Shown: one piece after another, positions 48,766 to 57,333 of the stretch
How positions within the stretch are numbered: position 1 is the stretch's first letter
Layout of the letters: every line of letters begins with the position of its first letter
Origin: a phage
DNA: 64,000 nt
NCBI GenBank assembly: GCA_028030915.1
Contig: GCA_028030915.1_4867.1
Strand: one strand, 5' to 3'
Made by a program: the position numbers and the translations under genes
Notes under the pieces: generated by a model
Databases searched by the model: none
Told to the model about the DNA's origin: nothing
Seen by the model: only the letters and a program-made list of their open reading frames with translations

Positions 48766-49923
48766 TTACTTGCCGATAATTTCACGCATCATTGCTTTGA
48801 TTGTGGCAGCAGTACGTTTCTTTTTCGGCTGCTTGCGGATTTCCGCGTACAGTTTATCCAGGTTCAGAGTTTTCTGTACCTGTGCAACGATATGCATTTG
48901 CTCTTCGTCGATTTTCACTTCGACGGTCTGCTCCTGCATCTTGCCCAGTTCCTGAATAACGCTGGCAACCGATACCGGATATGCGGTTGATTTCGGACGC
49001 TCAATGCCGAGGGTGATGAAGATTTCATCATCGATGAACACGTTTTCGATATCAGCCAGGTTTTCCAGAATGATTTCATCGTGGTCTTCATCTTCCGACG
49101 CATTCGGGTATGGACGTTTGTAGGTGTAATCCCACACGTCATAACCGAGTTTATCTGCGAGTTGTACGAAACCTTCCCAGGTTACTTCGCCGGGGTTGAT
49201 AGTCTGGCCACGGAAACCGGGGTTGGCCGTAAAGACTTTCACCCAGTCGATGTTCGCGATGTTACGACACTCTTCCAGCGGCGCGTAACGATCTCCCACT
49301 TCGTCATTGTCAGTCTCTTCAACATGCTCTGCTTCACAACGCTCGAAAGTAACTGAGTGTGGTTTACCGTCGCCGAAGATAACGGAGGCAGCACGCCAGT
49401 CTTCGATAGTCCACTGGACATGAGTCAATTCAATGTAACAATGCCCAACCTTAGCACGGCCTTGTGGGGCACTTACTGGTTTAATCAACTCACCTGGTTC
49501 GAAGAAGAATCCGTCAGAATGTGCAATGGCATACCAGACACCATCAACGCCTTCAACGAGAATAGACCAGTTATAAGGCGCGTGGCAATTTTGGAAAGCT
49601 ACACCCAGCATACTTCCCCAACGGTCATCTGGCGAATATTTCAGTGGTGGCAGGTTATCAAACTGAAGAGTTTGAGAAGAAAGGCACAACTTATTACGCA
49701 GGTGCGGCAGCGGCAGATAAGCCTCCACATTGTTATCGACCAGCGCATTGTAAAGATCCGGGTTGATAACACCGGTGCCAGTGACGTGTTGTGCAATCAG
49801 AGCTTCTGAATATGCACGAATACCTTCGTAGCTAAGCACATACGCACGGTCACGTACTACACGAGCCATATCTTCGATTACGGAAATTGGAAATTGCATG
49901 TTAATAGTCCTTATAAAAGTCAA
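48766..49923 (-). CDS. hypothetical protein (385 aa)
   Basis: ORF track. Confidence 0.6.
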   Translation of the reverse strand: MTFIRTINMQFPISVIEDMARVVRDRAYVLSYEGIRAYSEALIAQHVTGTGVINPDLYNALVDNNVEAYLPLPHLRNKLCLSSQTLQFDNLPPLKYSPDDRWGSMLGVAFQNCHAPYNWSILVEGVDGVWYAIAHSDGFFFEPGELIKPVSAPQGRAKVGHCYIELTHVQWTIEDWRAASVIFGDGKPHSVTFERCEAEHVEETDNDEVGDRYAPLEECRNIANIDWVKVFTANPGFRGQTINPGEVTWEGFVQLADKLGYDVWDYTYKRPYPNASEDEDHDEIILENLADIENVFIDDEIFITLGIERPKSTAYPVSVASVIQELGKMQEQTVEVKIDEEQMHIVAQVQKTLNLDKLYAEIRKQPKKKRTAATIKAMMREIIGK

Positions 49924-49959
49924 TGGTATTTTCAGATGATTAGTTACTGCTGTAAAAAA

Positions 49960-50226
49960 CTAGTTACGGTCGGAATTAAAGACGTGCCAGGTACTACGCC
50001 AGCGGAAGAATCGGGTTATGAAACCACGTATGTGGTAGCCTGAGAACAACATCCAGATGGTAAGAAAGAGTTGCGCCCATGGGGACGTGAGTTCCATCAG
50101 ATGTGCGACAATCGCACCGATTACCAACATTACCGTGGAGAATAACAAACTATACATCATCGGAATGTTGTGGCTATAGCGTTTCTCCATCCAGTAGAGA
50201 AAATTTATTAAACGTTTCACGAACAC
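49960..50226 (-). CDS. small membrane protein with two predicted TM segments (88 aa)
   Basis: Hydrophobic stretches LLFSTVMLVIGAIVAHL and LFLTIWMLFSGY; a holin-like role is speculative. Confidence 0.45.
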   Translation of the reverse strand: MFVKRLINFLYWMEKRYSHNIPMMYSLLFSTVMLVIGAIVAHLMELTSPWAQLFLTIWMLFSGYHIRGFITRFFRWRSTWHVFNSDRN

Positions 50227-50239
50227 ACACCCAAGAATT

Positions 50240-50273
50240 AAATAAAAGGTGGTCAGACCCGAAGGTCTGACCG
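50240..50273 (-). terminator. intrinsic terminator (UUCG loop)
   Basis: aaataaaaggt ggtcagacc cgaa ggtctgacc. Confidence 0.6.
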
Positions 50274-50277
50274 TTAA

Positions 50278-50871
50278 TTACGCTTCGGCCTCAAAGAACG
50301 GCTGGTTCGGTACCACTGCATATTCGAGCACGAAAAGATGTTCTGGGGCATCTTCTGCTCGCCACAGTTTGTGACACGTTGCCAGTTTTTCCAGGATGGT
50401 CAACCAGCTGAGCTGGCAGAAAGCACGATCGCCGAAGAACAGTTTCTGCAGTGCAATCGACACATCCATATACGCCTGTTTGAAGTCGAGTTCTTTATCG
50501 TAACCCGCCGACTGTCGCCACGTCAGCACGAAGCCTGCTTCGGTTTCGTTAATTGCTGGACGTAAACCACAAATCCACATCAGCGCCAGATTAACGTTCC
50601 AGTCGAATTCGATACCTTCGTCTTCGTCATCACCAAACGCCGCGTTTAACGCATCGTAGAAACCGTGGTTCTCTGCGAACCATTCGCCGTACTCAACGTA
50701 TACCGGTGCTTCGACAGCTTCCCCATCGACTTCACCGATAGGACGCTCTACATAGTTCGGGTTGGTTTGAACGTGTTCCGCACCCGCGCGAATTAATTCG
50801 TAGACATCTTTGGCGGTGATTTGTGCGGCTGTTTTAAGACCTGGATACCAGGGGCGTGTTACGAGTGTCAA
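50278..50871 (-). CDS. hypothetical protein (197 aa)
   Basis: ORF track. Confidence 0.55.
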   Translation of the reverse strand: MTLVTRPWYPGLKTAAQITAKDVYELIRAGAEHVQTNPNYVERPIGEVDGEAVEAPVYVEYGEWFAENHGFYDALNAAFGDDEDEGIEFDWNVNLALMWICGLRPAINETEAGFVLTWRQSAGYDKELDFKQAYMDVSIALQKLFFGDRAFCQLSWLTILEKLATCHKLWRAEDAPEHLFVLEYAVVPNQPFFEAEA

Positions 50872-51590
50872 AGCAATGCTCCTTTCATGATAGTGTTATT
50901 TGCCAGTAGTGTACCGGCCGCAGGTGATATTTTGGTGTACAGCGTATCCCAGATTTTCTGAAGTTCAGCGACGCGTTGGTCGTGGTCTTCCTTCGCAAAA
51001 GCAAGCTGACGTGTTTCAGCTTTCGGTGGTGTCATTTTCGCACCGTAGAATGCTGCGTCTTTTCGGTAGCTGGCCATCCAGCGTTTCCCGACCGGTGATT
51101 TCTTTTTAATCATCGCAACAGCAGCACCCTCACCGAAGCGGTAGCCTAAAGCGATTTCGGCTGTGCTCGGCTTGCGTTTGAGTTGTTTTGTCAGATGATC
51201 CTCGATGTGTTTCATGTAAACGGCAGCAAGCTGTACAGCATACTTCGGTTTATTAAGGTCCGCATTCTTTGGGATGTTAAGTTGTTTCCCATACAGACGT
51301 ATCATGGAGCGTTTAGTGCCTGTCGTCATTTGGACAACACTACTAGCACTGCTCGATTTATTCTTACCCACGTTTTTATTAAAACGGGATTCACGATAAA
51401 TGGTGGTCGCGAGCATCCCGGCATGTACGCCTTGTTTTCGAGATGCGGTGACGATGAGAGGTTTAATCTCATTGAACTGGTCCTGGATAAGGACGAATTC
51501 TTTTTGGTGTTTGTTACTGGTGGTCTGGTAAGAAGCGTTGCTGTTGAACGTAGTCATTGCTACCAGAAGAAACAAAATGGTGCGAAACAT
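50868..51590 (-). CDS. secreted lytic transglycosylase-like protein (SLT domain with N-terminal signal peptide)
   Basis: 240 aa; N-terminal MFRTILFLLVAMTTFNSNA is signal-peptide-like; SLT-like motifs TTIYRESRFN...SSASSVVQM and ALGYRFGEGAA. Confidence 0.6.
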   Translation of the reverse strand: MFRTILFLLVAMTTFNSNASYQTTSNKHQKEFVLIQDQFNEIKPLIVTASRKQGVHAGMLATTIYRESRFNKNVGKNKSSSASSVVQMTTGTKRSMIRLYGKQLNIPKNADLNKPKYAVQLAAVYMKHIEDHLTKQLKRKPSTAEIALGYRFGEGAAVAMIKKKSPVGKRWMASYRKDAAFYGAKMTPPKAETRQLAFAKEDHDQRVAELQKIWDTLYTKISPAAGTLLANNTIMKGALL

Positions 51591-51677
51591 GGATGTATCT
51601 CCAAACGGATTTATACTTTTCCGTTCCCAATCCGGGAAGACGGCGCGGACGGCATTGTGCTCCTTTGTAATGTGCCC

Positions 51678-51697
51678 TGATGATAATATCTATTTGA
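51678..51697 (-). promoter_or_regulatory. conserved intergenic motif A, copy 4
   Basis: tgatgataatatctatttga; overlaps stop of macrodomain gene, about 95 nt upstream of start 51590. Confidence 0.3.
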
Positions 51698-52190
51698 AAC
51701 TATTTGGGATGATTTTCTCTGCTTCCCTCAGCAGGGTGTCCGGTAAATAGAATCGATAAGTCTGCTCCGTGTGCTGTAGTCGTTTCTGTAAGTGTATAAA
51801 GATTTCCAATCGCTCATGGTAACGTAACCAACCGTTAGCCATCCCTAGGGGCGGTATCGCAATCCCTCCTTCTAAGTCTTCCCCTAGTCGCGCCAGCGCA
51901 TCAATGCCGGACGTGACATAGTAAATCTGCGATTTATAGCGAAAATGGGTTTTAGTAGGAAGGAGTATTACCCCTTCCTCAGGATAACAATAGACCTCAC
52001 CGATAACGATTTGCTCTTTACGGCATTTCTGGCGATAGTCATTATAAAGCGATGGGAAGCGTTCTCGGCACGCCAAAGCAATACCCCTTCCCATCGCACC
52101 AACGCAATTAACTGTAACGACCTTGAAGCGCTCAGGCGCGTTAAACAGGTCGTGGGAGATAACGGCCTCGTCGATCAGTTCTAGTGACAT
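51690..52190 (-). CDS. macrodomain protein (DarG/TARG1-like ADP-ribose-binding or hydrolase fold)
   Basis: 166 aa; VVTVNCVGAMGRGIALACRERFP...IGEV...IAIPPLGMANG matches the NC.G.MG.GIAL...FP glycine-rich ADP-ribose-binding loop of DarG/TARG1-type macrodomains (recalled from memory). Confidence 0.65.
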   Translation of the reverse strand: MSLELIDEAVISHDLFNAPERFKVVTVNCVGAMGRGIALACRERFPSLYNDYRQKCRKEQIVIGEVYCYPEEGVILLPTKTHFRYKSQIYYVTSGIDALARLGEDLEGGIAIPPLGMANGWLRYHERLEIFIHLQKRLQHTEQTYRFYLPDTLLREAEKIIPNSFK

Positions 52191-52389
52191 CTATTGCCAT
52201 ACCCCATTGTGAAATAACCGGAGACTGAAGCAACGATTCCAGCTCAGTAAGAACTCTGGCTTTTGCTTCTTCGCGCAACTTACGGACTTCCGGGTCAGGT
52301 TTGCCTGCGCCCAAATATTGGGGTTCTGTTTGTGGGGTAGGGAAGCCACAGAAAGAACCAACCGTTATTCCGATGATTGTTTTTTGCAT
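52141..52389 (-). CDS. small hypothetical protein (82 aa), doubtful
   Basis: ORF track; overlaps macrodomain gene start by 50 nt; hydrophobic N-terminus. Confidence 0.3.
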   Translation of the reverse strand: MQKTIIGITVGSFCGFPTPQTEPQYLGAGKPDPEVRKLREEAKARVLTELESLLQSPVISQWGMAIDVTRTDRRGRYLPRPV

Positions 52390-52812
52390 TTAGCTATTCC
52401 TTTTCACCCAGGCTTGTACCGCTGACTCGAAACCTTCGTGTTCGATACCGAGCCGTTTCATTGCCAACATAGTGTTGAGGCTATTCGTAATTTCTTCACG
52501 GTAGCGATGGTCGTCCATCTTACGCCAACACTTCTCCGGGTCAACACCTAAGCGTTGGAGTAGATACGCCTCACGCACCATACCAGGCCGCCAGAATTTA
52601 GGGCGGGTAATCGCGATTTCAATCATGGGCGTCATGTCCAACGTGTGCGCGAGAATACTAACCGGCGTTTCCCCAACTTTATCACGTAGCGCTAAACGTA
52701 ACCACCACTGAACATTTGCTTTGGTTTCAGGTAACAGGTCGTAGAATAAGGCTGTTTCTTCTTCTGATAAATGATCGTATAGTGATTTTGTTTCGCGAAT
52801 AGCGGTAACCAT
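52390..52812 (-). CDS. hypothetical protein (140 aa)
   Basis: ORF track. Confidence 0.5.
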   Translation of the reverse strand: MVTAIRETKSLYDHLSEEETALFYDLLPETKANVQWWLRLALRDKVGETPVSILAHTLDMTPMIEIAITRPKFWRPGMVREAYLLQRLGVDPEKCWRKMDDHRYREEITNSLNTMLAMKRLGIEHEGFESAVQAWVKRNS

Positions 52813-52823
52813 TTTAATGCTCC

Positions 52824-53087
52824 TTAGGGTAAAGTTGCCTCCCAGTCGTGGTGGTGAGGCTCAGGCAGCGTACCAAGCGCTGCTTTAATACACGTACTCA
52901 GCGGAGTATCATCGAACGCAACACGCCCGATAGTGCCCACGTTGATGTGTTTAGGATTTACGGGTAAGAACTCCTTCACCCGCTCGTACTCAGCCCAACA
53001 GACATCGGTGTTTAAAGCTGAAAACCCAGGACGGTGAAACATAAATAGCACTCCTCGCGTAAAAATACCCCACTCATAGTGAGGCAT
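52824..53087 (-). CDS. hypothetical protein (87 aa)
   Basis: ORF track. Confidence 0.45.
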   Translation of the reverse strand: MPHYEWGIFTRGVLFMFHRPGFSALNTDVCWAEYERVKEFLPVNPKHINVGTIGRVAFDDTPLSTCIKAALGTLPEPHHHDWEATLP

Positions 53088-53112
53088 AATCGTAAGGAGT
53101 GCTAAAACAGGA

Positions 53113-53628
53113 CTATGCTACCGCAGTCCTTAAAGGTTCATCTGCTTCCGCAGGAACCTGCTTCTTAAATTCAAGCCATTGTCCGTCTGTAGAGACGGTC
53201 TTGTCAAAACCGCGAGCGGTAAAGAACGCAATACCAGCTTCCTGGCAAGCGTATATTCCCCCATGCGCACTGGTGAACTGTTCATTCACATCAAGCGCAT
53301 CAAAAATCTGCGTCATCGTTTTACGACGGCGTGCCATTTCAGACACGAACATCGTACGAATCTTCAGAACCCCAGCGATTACGCGATACAAACAGTAACC
53401 AACAGGGGTACCCCCTTCCAGAGCAACACAAGCACGGTTCCCCGCCAACAGTTTCTCCAGAGTGAGGTTCGGAATCTCACCTTTTTCGATATGGAGTATG
53501 GTACGTTGGTGGTTCAGAAATTTATAATGCAGCCCCAACAGCTGTTTATTTTGTGCTTCCGTTAAATCTGAGGATGAGGAAAGAATGACAATTTCGGCCA
53601 TGAGCTGAATTCCTAAGTGAGCTTTCAC
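53113..53628 (-). CDS. hypothetical protein, weakly GNAT-acetyltransferase-like (171 aa)
   Basis: ORF track; VGYCLYRV...MFVSE..RR...T.IFDAL....AC.EAG.AFF is only loosely compatible with a GNAT fold. Confidence 0.45.
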   Translation of the reverse strand: MKAHLGIQLMAEIVILSSSSDLTEAQNKQLLGLHYKFLNHQRTILHIEKGEIPNLTLEKLLAGNRACVALEGGTPVGYCLYRVIAGVLKIRTMFVSEMARRRKTMTQIFDALDVNEQFTSAHGGIYACQEAGIAFFTARGFDKTVSTDGQWLEFKKQVPAEADEPLRTAVA

Positions 53629-53747
53629 CTGCGATGAAAGCGAGTAACGAAGAATTGCGTTTGTGTTTTCTTAAGTTTACCGGTAAAGCTTAGCGGTGTA
53701 TACCGCCAGAGGTGAAGACCAGTTCTCTATCGGAACCGTGTCTTTAA

Positions 53748-54026
53748 TCAGCAACGACGTTGAAAACGTCGCGATGCTGAGGTAACCTTCCGTCGCCACA
53801 TTCGCTCATGGCGCTTCTGATTACCACGCCAGTCTTCCCCGACTGTACGTGAAACTGCAAAATCATCCGGCCCGCAGACTTCCGCGATGTCTGCTAGAAG
53901 GTTCTTTGAAGACCCTATAGCCATCCCCACACTCGAAAGAACGATACGCCGGGTTGGCTCGGCCGCCCCTGAACCCACGACCACGGGATCAGAGACTGTT
54001 TCACTGTCACATGATACTTCTCCCAC
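53748..54026 (-). CDS. hypothetical protein (92 aa)
   Basis: GTG start with aggaggg SD 10 nt upstream; Gly/Ser/Val-rich. Confidence 0.3.
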   Translation of the reverse strand: MGEVSCDSETVSDPVVVGSGAAEPTRRIVLSSVGMAIGSSKNLLADIAEVCGPDDFAVSRTVGEDWRGNQKRHERMWRRKVTSASRRFQRRC

Positions 54027-54138
54027 TTCGTAATTACCCTCCTGTTAAAACCAACCTTGCGTCAATGCAAGGATTGCGCCTAGGGCGTATGCGCCTGCTC
54101 CTAGTACCAGACTACAGATGATACACCCAACCCACTTC

Positions 54139-54270
54139 ACTAAAATAACCATGATGCCAGAAATGCTCCGATTGCACAGATGATAATCGTAATGCCAAGG
54201 TCTGTCCAGGTGGCACCATCATACGCACCTGTTGCAATCATGGCTGCGTTGACACTATTCACGACTGTCA
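54139..54270 (-). CDS. tiny hydrophobic peptide (43 aa)
   Basis: Own translation MTVVNSVNAAMIATGAYDGATWTDLGITIIICAIGAFLASWLF; its ATG overlaps the end of the upstream small ORF; not in ORF track (<60 aa). Confidence 0.3.
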
Positions 54271-54458
54271 TAAGCCGGGTCCCTTAAACGCGGGGGCTTG
54301 CTCCACAGATTACCGAAGTAAACCCCTTCTAAGAACACCAAAACAACTAAGCCCCAAAAGGCAGGCGTAGCGCGAGACATGAAAATACCGAGTAGCACCA
54401 CAGTGTGCATTACCACAACTGCCCAAAACTTTAAACGACCAGGTTTACGTCTTGCCAT
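54255..54458 (-). CDS. small membrane protein (about 67 aa from internal ATG)
   Basis: ORF track 54255-54503; preferred start MARRKPGRLKFWAVVVMHTVVLLGIFM... overlaps the stop of the upstream 34-aa peptide; two hydrophobic segments. Confidence 0.4.
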   Translation of the reverse strand: MARRKPGRLKFWAVVVMHTVVLLGIFMSRATPAFWGLVVLVFLEGVYFGNLWSKPPRLRDPAYDSRE

Positions 54459-54549
54459 GGAATGCCCATCCTTTCGTGCGGATAATCCAACCCCAGGCAC
54501 CACGAATCAACCACAGTGCAATACCGGTTAATACGATACCTTCAATCAT
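54445..54549 (-). CDS. tiny hydrophobic peptide (34 aa)
   Basis: Own translation MIEGIVLTGIALWLIRGAWGWIIRTKGWAFHGKT; start overlaps stop of upstream ORF (ATGA); not in ORF track. Confidence 0.3.
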   Translation of the reverse strand: MIEGIVLTGIALWLIRGAWGWIIRTKGWAFHGKT

Positions 54550-54737
54550 GTCCGTTCTCCTATATCTCGCCACTCACAACGCGTGTCAAAAAGGCGTTCT
54601 TTAAGAGCAGAGGCTAAATAGACAACTGCAGCGATAACCACCACGGCTGCACAAAAGGAGAGGTACAGTACCATCACAACAAACTGAAGGAACTGAAAAC
54701 CCCACCAAGCCCATAAGCGCCAACCTTTATGATGCAT
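54546..54737 (-). CDS. small membrane protein (63 aa)
   Basis: ORF track; hydrophobic core FVVMVLYLSFCAAVVVIAAVVYLA; overlaps the 3' end of the Rad50-like gene. Confidence 0.4.
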   Translation of the reverse strand: MHHKGWRLWAWWGFQFLQFVVMVLYLSFCAAVVVIAAVVYLASALKERLFDTRCEWRDIGERT

Positions 54738-57237
54738 ATTTGATTATTACCCCTTCGTTATACACCGGTGGAAGCGTTACACCTTCTGGTTCTACGACAC
54801 AGTAGGTGGCTTCGTTAAGTTTAGAATGAACTTCCGCTTCATGCGAAACGACCAGCAATTGAGAAAACTCTCCCGACAACGCCAACGATTTAATGAAGTT
54901 AACTAATCGGTTTTTGTGTTCTTCATCCATGCCTTCAGATGGTTCATCCAATAACAAAGGATAATTTTGTAAACCAAGTGCTTTATACGCCGTTAAACGA
55001 AACATCATGTTGAAAATGATACGCTGTGCTTTTGAACCTTTCTTCACGTCAGGTACCAGTTCTTCATGGTCTTTTAATCGTACCGGGAATGTGTAATCCA
55101 AATCCCCGTCGGTTAAATCGCACGGAATAACCTGCATCGGATATGCCCACACCATTTCGATATACCGATTCATTAAATCCATGATGCGTGTAATCGCAGC
55201 ATAAAAGTAACGACGCAATAATCCTTTTTCGGGGGAGACGGCATTGATAATCAATCTGGCATGGTGATGCTCTTTGAGCAGTTCAGCTTGTTCCTTTTCC
55301 AGTTCCGCTAAACGTGCAATAGCCCCTTCCATTTGACGAAACCGTTCACGAGCTGAAGTATACGCATCGAGCTTCGCTTCGCGTCGGTTTAACAACTCGC
55401 GAACCACGACGTTGTTAACGGAGATGTTCATTTCCGATACCAGATGTTCGTAGCCCTTTTGGAAACGTTCGATTGCTTCTTTGGTTTGTTGCAGTTGGAT
55501 GGTTTCGCGTTCCAGCTCATTGGCTTGTCTGCGGTATTCTATCAGTCGACGGTTAGCCCCGTCTAGTTGTGAACGGATATGTTCAATTTTCTGACTCAGC
55601 GCACCATCAACATTACCTACTGCGGCAACAGCCTCTTGCCATTCCCGTTCCGCTGTTGCAAGCTTCGCTGATTGACGCAGATACATCATGGCCGAATCTA
55701 ACTCTTCGGTAAAGGCACGTGCAATGGCACCATAACGATCCCGCGACGTGGTGAAGATATCCAACTCTTGCAGTTTACGGAAAAACAAACCGACAACGGG
55801 ATGGTTGGAATACGACATGACAATTTCGCGAATCGTACGTAAGCTACGGACGTCCTCTTCAATCTCTTTGCGGTCACGCAAAAGACTATCCATTTCGTCT
55901 TTCAGCTGTTTTTTCCAACCTTCATTATCGTTGATGGCCTTTTCAGTTTCAGGTAACGACTTACGAATCCCAGGACGGAAACGGTGGTTACACTGTGGAC
56001 AATCAACTTCTGCAGTTTCTAAGAAGTGTTGACGGTCGTGGTATAAACCGTGTAGCACATTCTCACAACGTTGCAACTTTTCAGATAGACCCGCAGAGGT
56101 TAAATCCATACCCTGTAAACGCTTCTCTAACGCTCCCAGGCGCTCTGTTGTCTTTAACTGGTCCAGATGCATGGACAACGGTAAATTCCAGTTACAGGCG
56201 TCGTTTAACGCGTTCTGAATGCTATCCACGTCGATGCGGGTACCTTCAAACAGAGCCGGGAACATCCAGTTCTGTTGGAACGTTGCCAGTTCCTGTTTTA
56301 AGCTGTCGATTGTTTGTTTTAGACCGGTATGGTTGCGCATCAGATATGTTTGACGCGACTCCTCATCCAGTAGCTGTGACAACTCTTTATTGTACATGTT
56401 GCATTCAGTTTCAGCAGAGGCAGCTTGCTCACGCCAGGCAACCACACGACTTTGAAACTCGTTAATCAGTTCGTCAGAAGGCAGAACGCCATAACGTTCC
56501 ATAATGAGTTTTACAGCCGGTTGCAACGAAGCAATGCGTTTCCGGATACTGTCAACCGAAACAGCGTTATCTAAACCGGGCCTTGCTTCAATTGTGCGGT
56601 TTAATTCTTGAAGCTCAGCATCGAGTTCTTTCAAACGAACTTCTAAACGTGCACGATCTTCTTCATCGTCAACGACGCGCATTTTTGCTTCGCCGATTTT
56701 TCGTCCGGTGTGTTCGATGGCCCCGCTTAAACTGGAAGCGAGTTTACGCAAACGTCGATAGCAGCCAACAACGTATGTCAGATCAGATTCTGACATTAAC
56801 GTAAACCATTTGCGACGAACTTCGGTAGTGGCGTCAGTTAATAAGGTCTCGCCATTAATTAACTCTTTGATTTCTTTGGTGATTCCGGTTAACTGTTCCA
56901 CCATGGAGTTGTAAACTTTGGCGTTTACCGAGTCCACAATGGGGACGCCTTTGGTGATATTGAAAATACTACAAGACAAAGAAGACCCACGTCGCAGGAC
57001 TTCAAATTTAAGACGGTCGTCCCCGACTAACGCGTAGTTAGTGTAAGAACCGCCTTCGCGGAATTCAGATTTTGCTGGAGCTAAGGGGAGAAAAACAGAC
57101 AGGAGGCTTGTTTTACCGCAACCATTGCCACCGAGGATGATGGTAACGGTTGACTTAAGGGTGAAATCAAACGTTTCGATTTCGTGTAACCCCATGCCGG
57201 TAAATCCTTTCAAAATGATACGTTCGACCTTGAGCAT
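54727..57237 (-). CDS. Rad50/SbcC-like ATPase (836 aa)
   Basis: Walker A ILGGNGCGKTSLL near N-terminus; long central coiled-coil-like region with CPQC zinc-hook-like motif; Walker B/D-loop LLLDEPSEGMDEE and H-loop VVSHE near C-terminus. Confidence 0.8.
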   Translation of the reverse strand: MLKVERIILKGFTGMGLHEIETFDFTLKSTVTIILGGNGCGKTSLLSVFLPLAPAKSEFREGGSYTNYALVGDDRLKFEVLRRGSSLSCSIFNITKGVPIVDSVNAKVYNSMVEQLTGITKEIKELINGETLLTDATTEVRRKWFTLMSESDLTYVVGCYRRLRKLASSLSGAIEHTGRKIGEAKMRVVDDEEDRARLEVRLKELDAELQELNRTIEARPGLDNAVSVDSIRKRIASLQPAVKLIMERYGVLPSDELINEFQSRVVAWREQAASAETECNMYNKELSQLLDEESRQTYLMRNHTGLKQTIDSLKQELATFQQNWMFPALFEGTRIDVDSIQNALNDACNWNLPLSMHLDQLKTTERLGALEKRLQGMDLTSAGLSEKLQRCENVLHGLYHDRQHFLETAEVDCPQCNHRFRPGIRKSLPETEKAINDNEGWKKQLKDEMDSLLRDRKEIEEDVRSLRTIREIVMSYSNHPVVGLFFRKLQELDIFTTSRDRYGAIARAFTEELDSAMMYLRQSAKLATAEREWQEAVAAVGNVDGALSQKIEHIRSQLDGANRRLIEYRRQANELERETIQLQQTKEAIERFQKGYEHLVSEMNISVNNVVVRELLNRREAKLDAYTSARERFRQMEGAIARLAELEKEQAELLKEHHHARLIINAVSPEKGLLRRYFYAAITRIMDLMNRYIEMVWAYPMQVIPCDLTDGDLDYTFPVRLKDHEELVPDVKKGSKAQRIIFNMMFRLTAYKALGLQNYPLLLDEPSEGMDEEHKNRLVNFIKSLALSGEFSQLLVVSHEAEVHSKLNEATYCVVEPEGVTLPPVYNEGVIIKYAS

Positions 57238-57259
57238 GTTTGCCTTCTAATGAGAAAGT

Positions 57260-57269
57260 ATTAGTCGTT
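57260..57269 (-). promoter_or_regulatory. motif B variant (AACGACTAAT on minus strand)
   Basis: Plus-strand attagtcgtt about 23 nt upstream of Rad50-like gene start, downstream of terminator 57291-57322. Confidence 0.25.
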
Positions 57270-57290
57270 CATATCCAAAAGGCCATGCGT

Positions 57291-57322
57291 AAAAAAGAAG
57301 AAATGGAACCCCGAAGGGTTCC
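57291..57322 (-). terminator. intrinsic terminator (UUCG loop)
   Basis: aaaaaagaagaaat ggaaccc cgaa gggttcc. Confidence 0.55.
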
Positions 57323-57333
57323 AGAGAGGAGAG

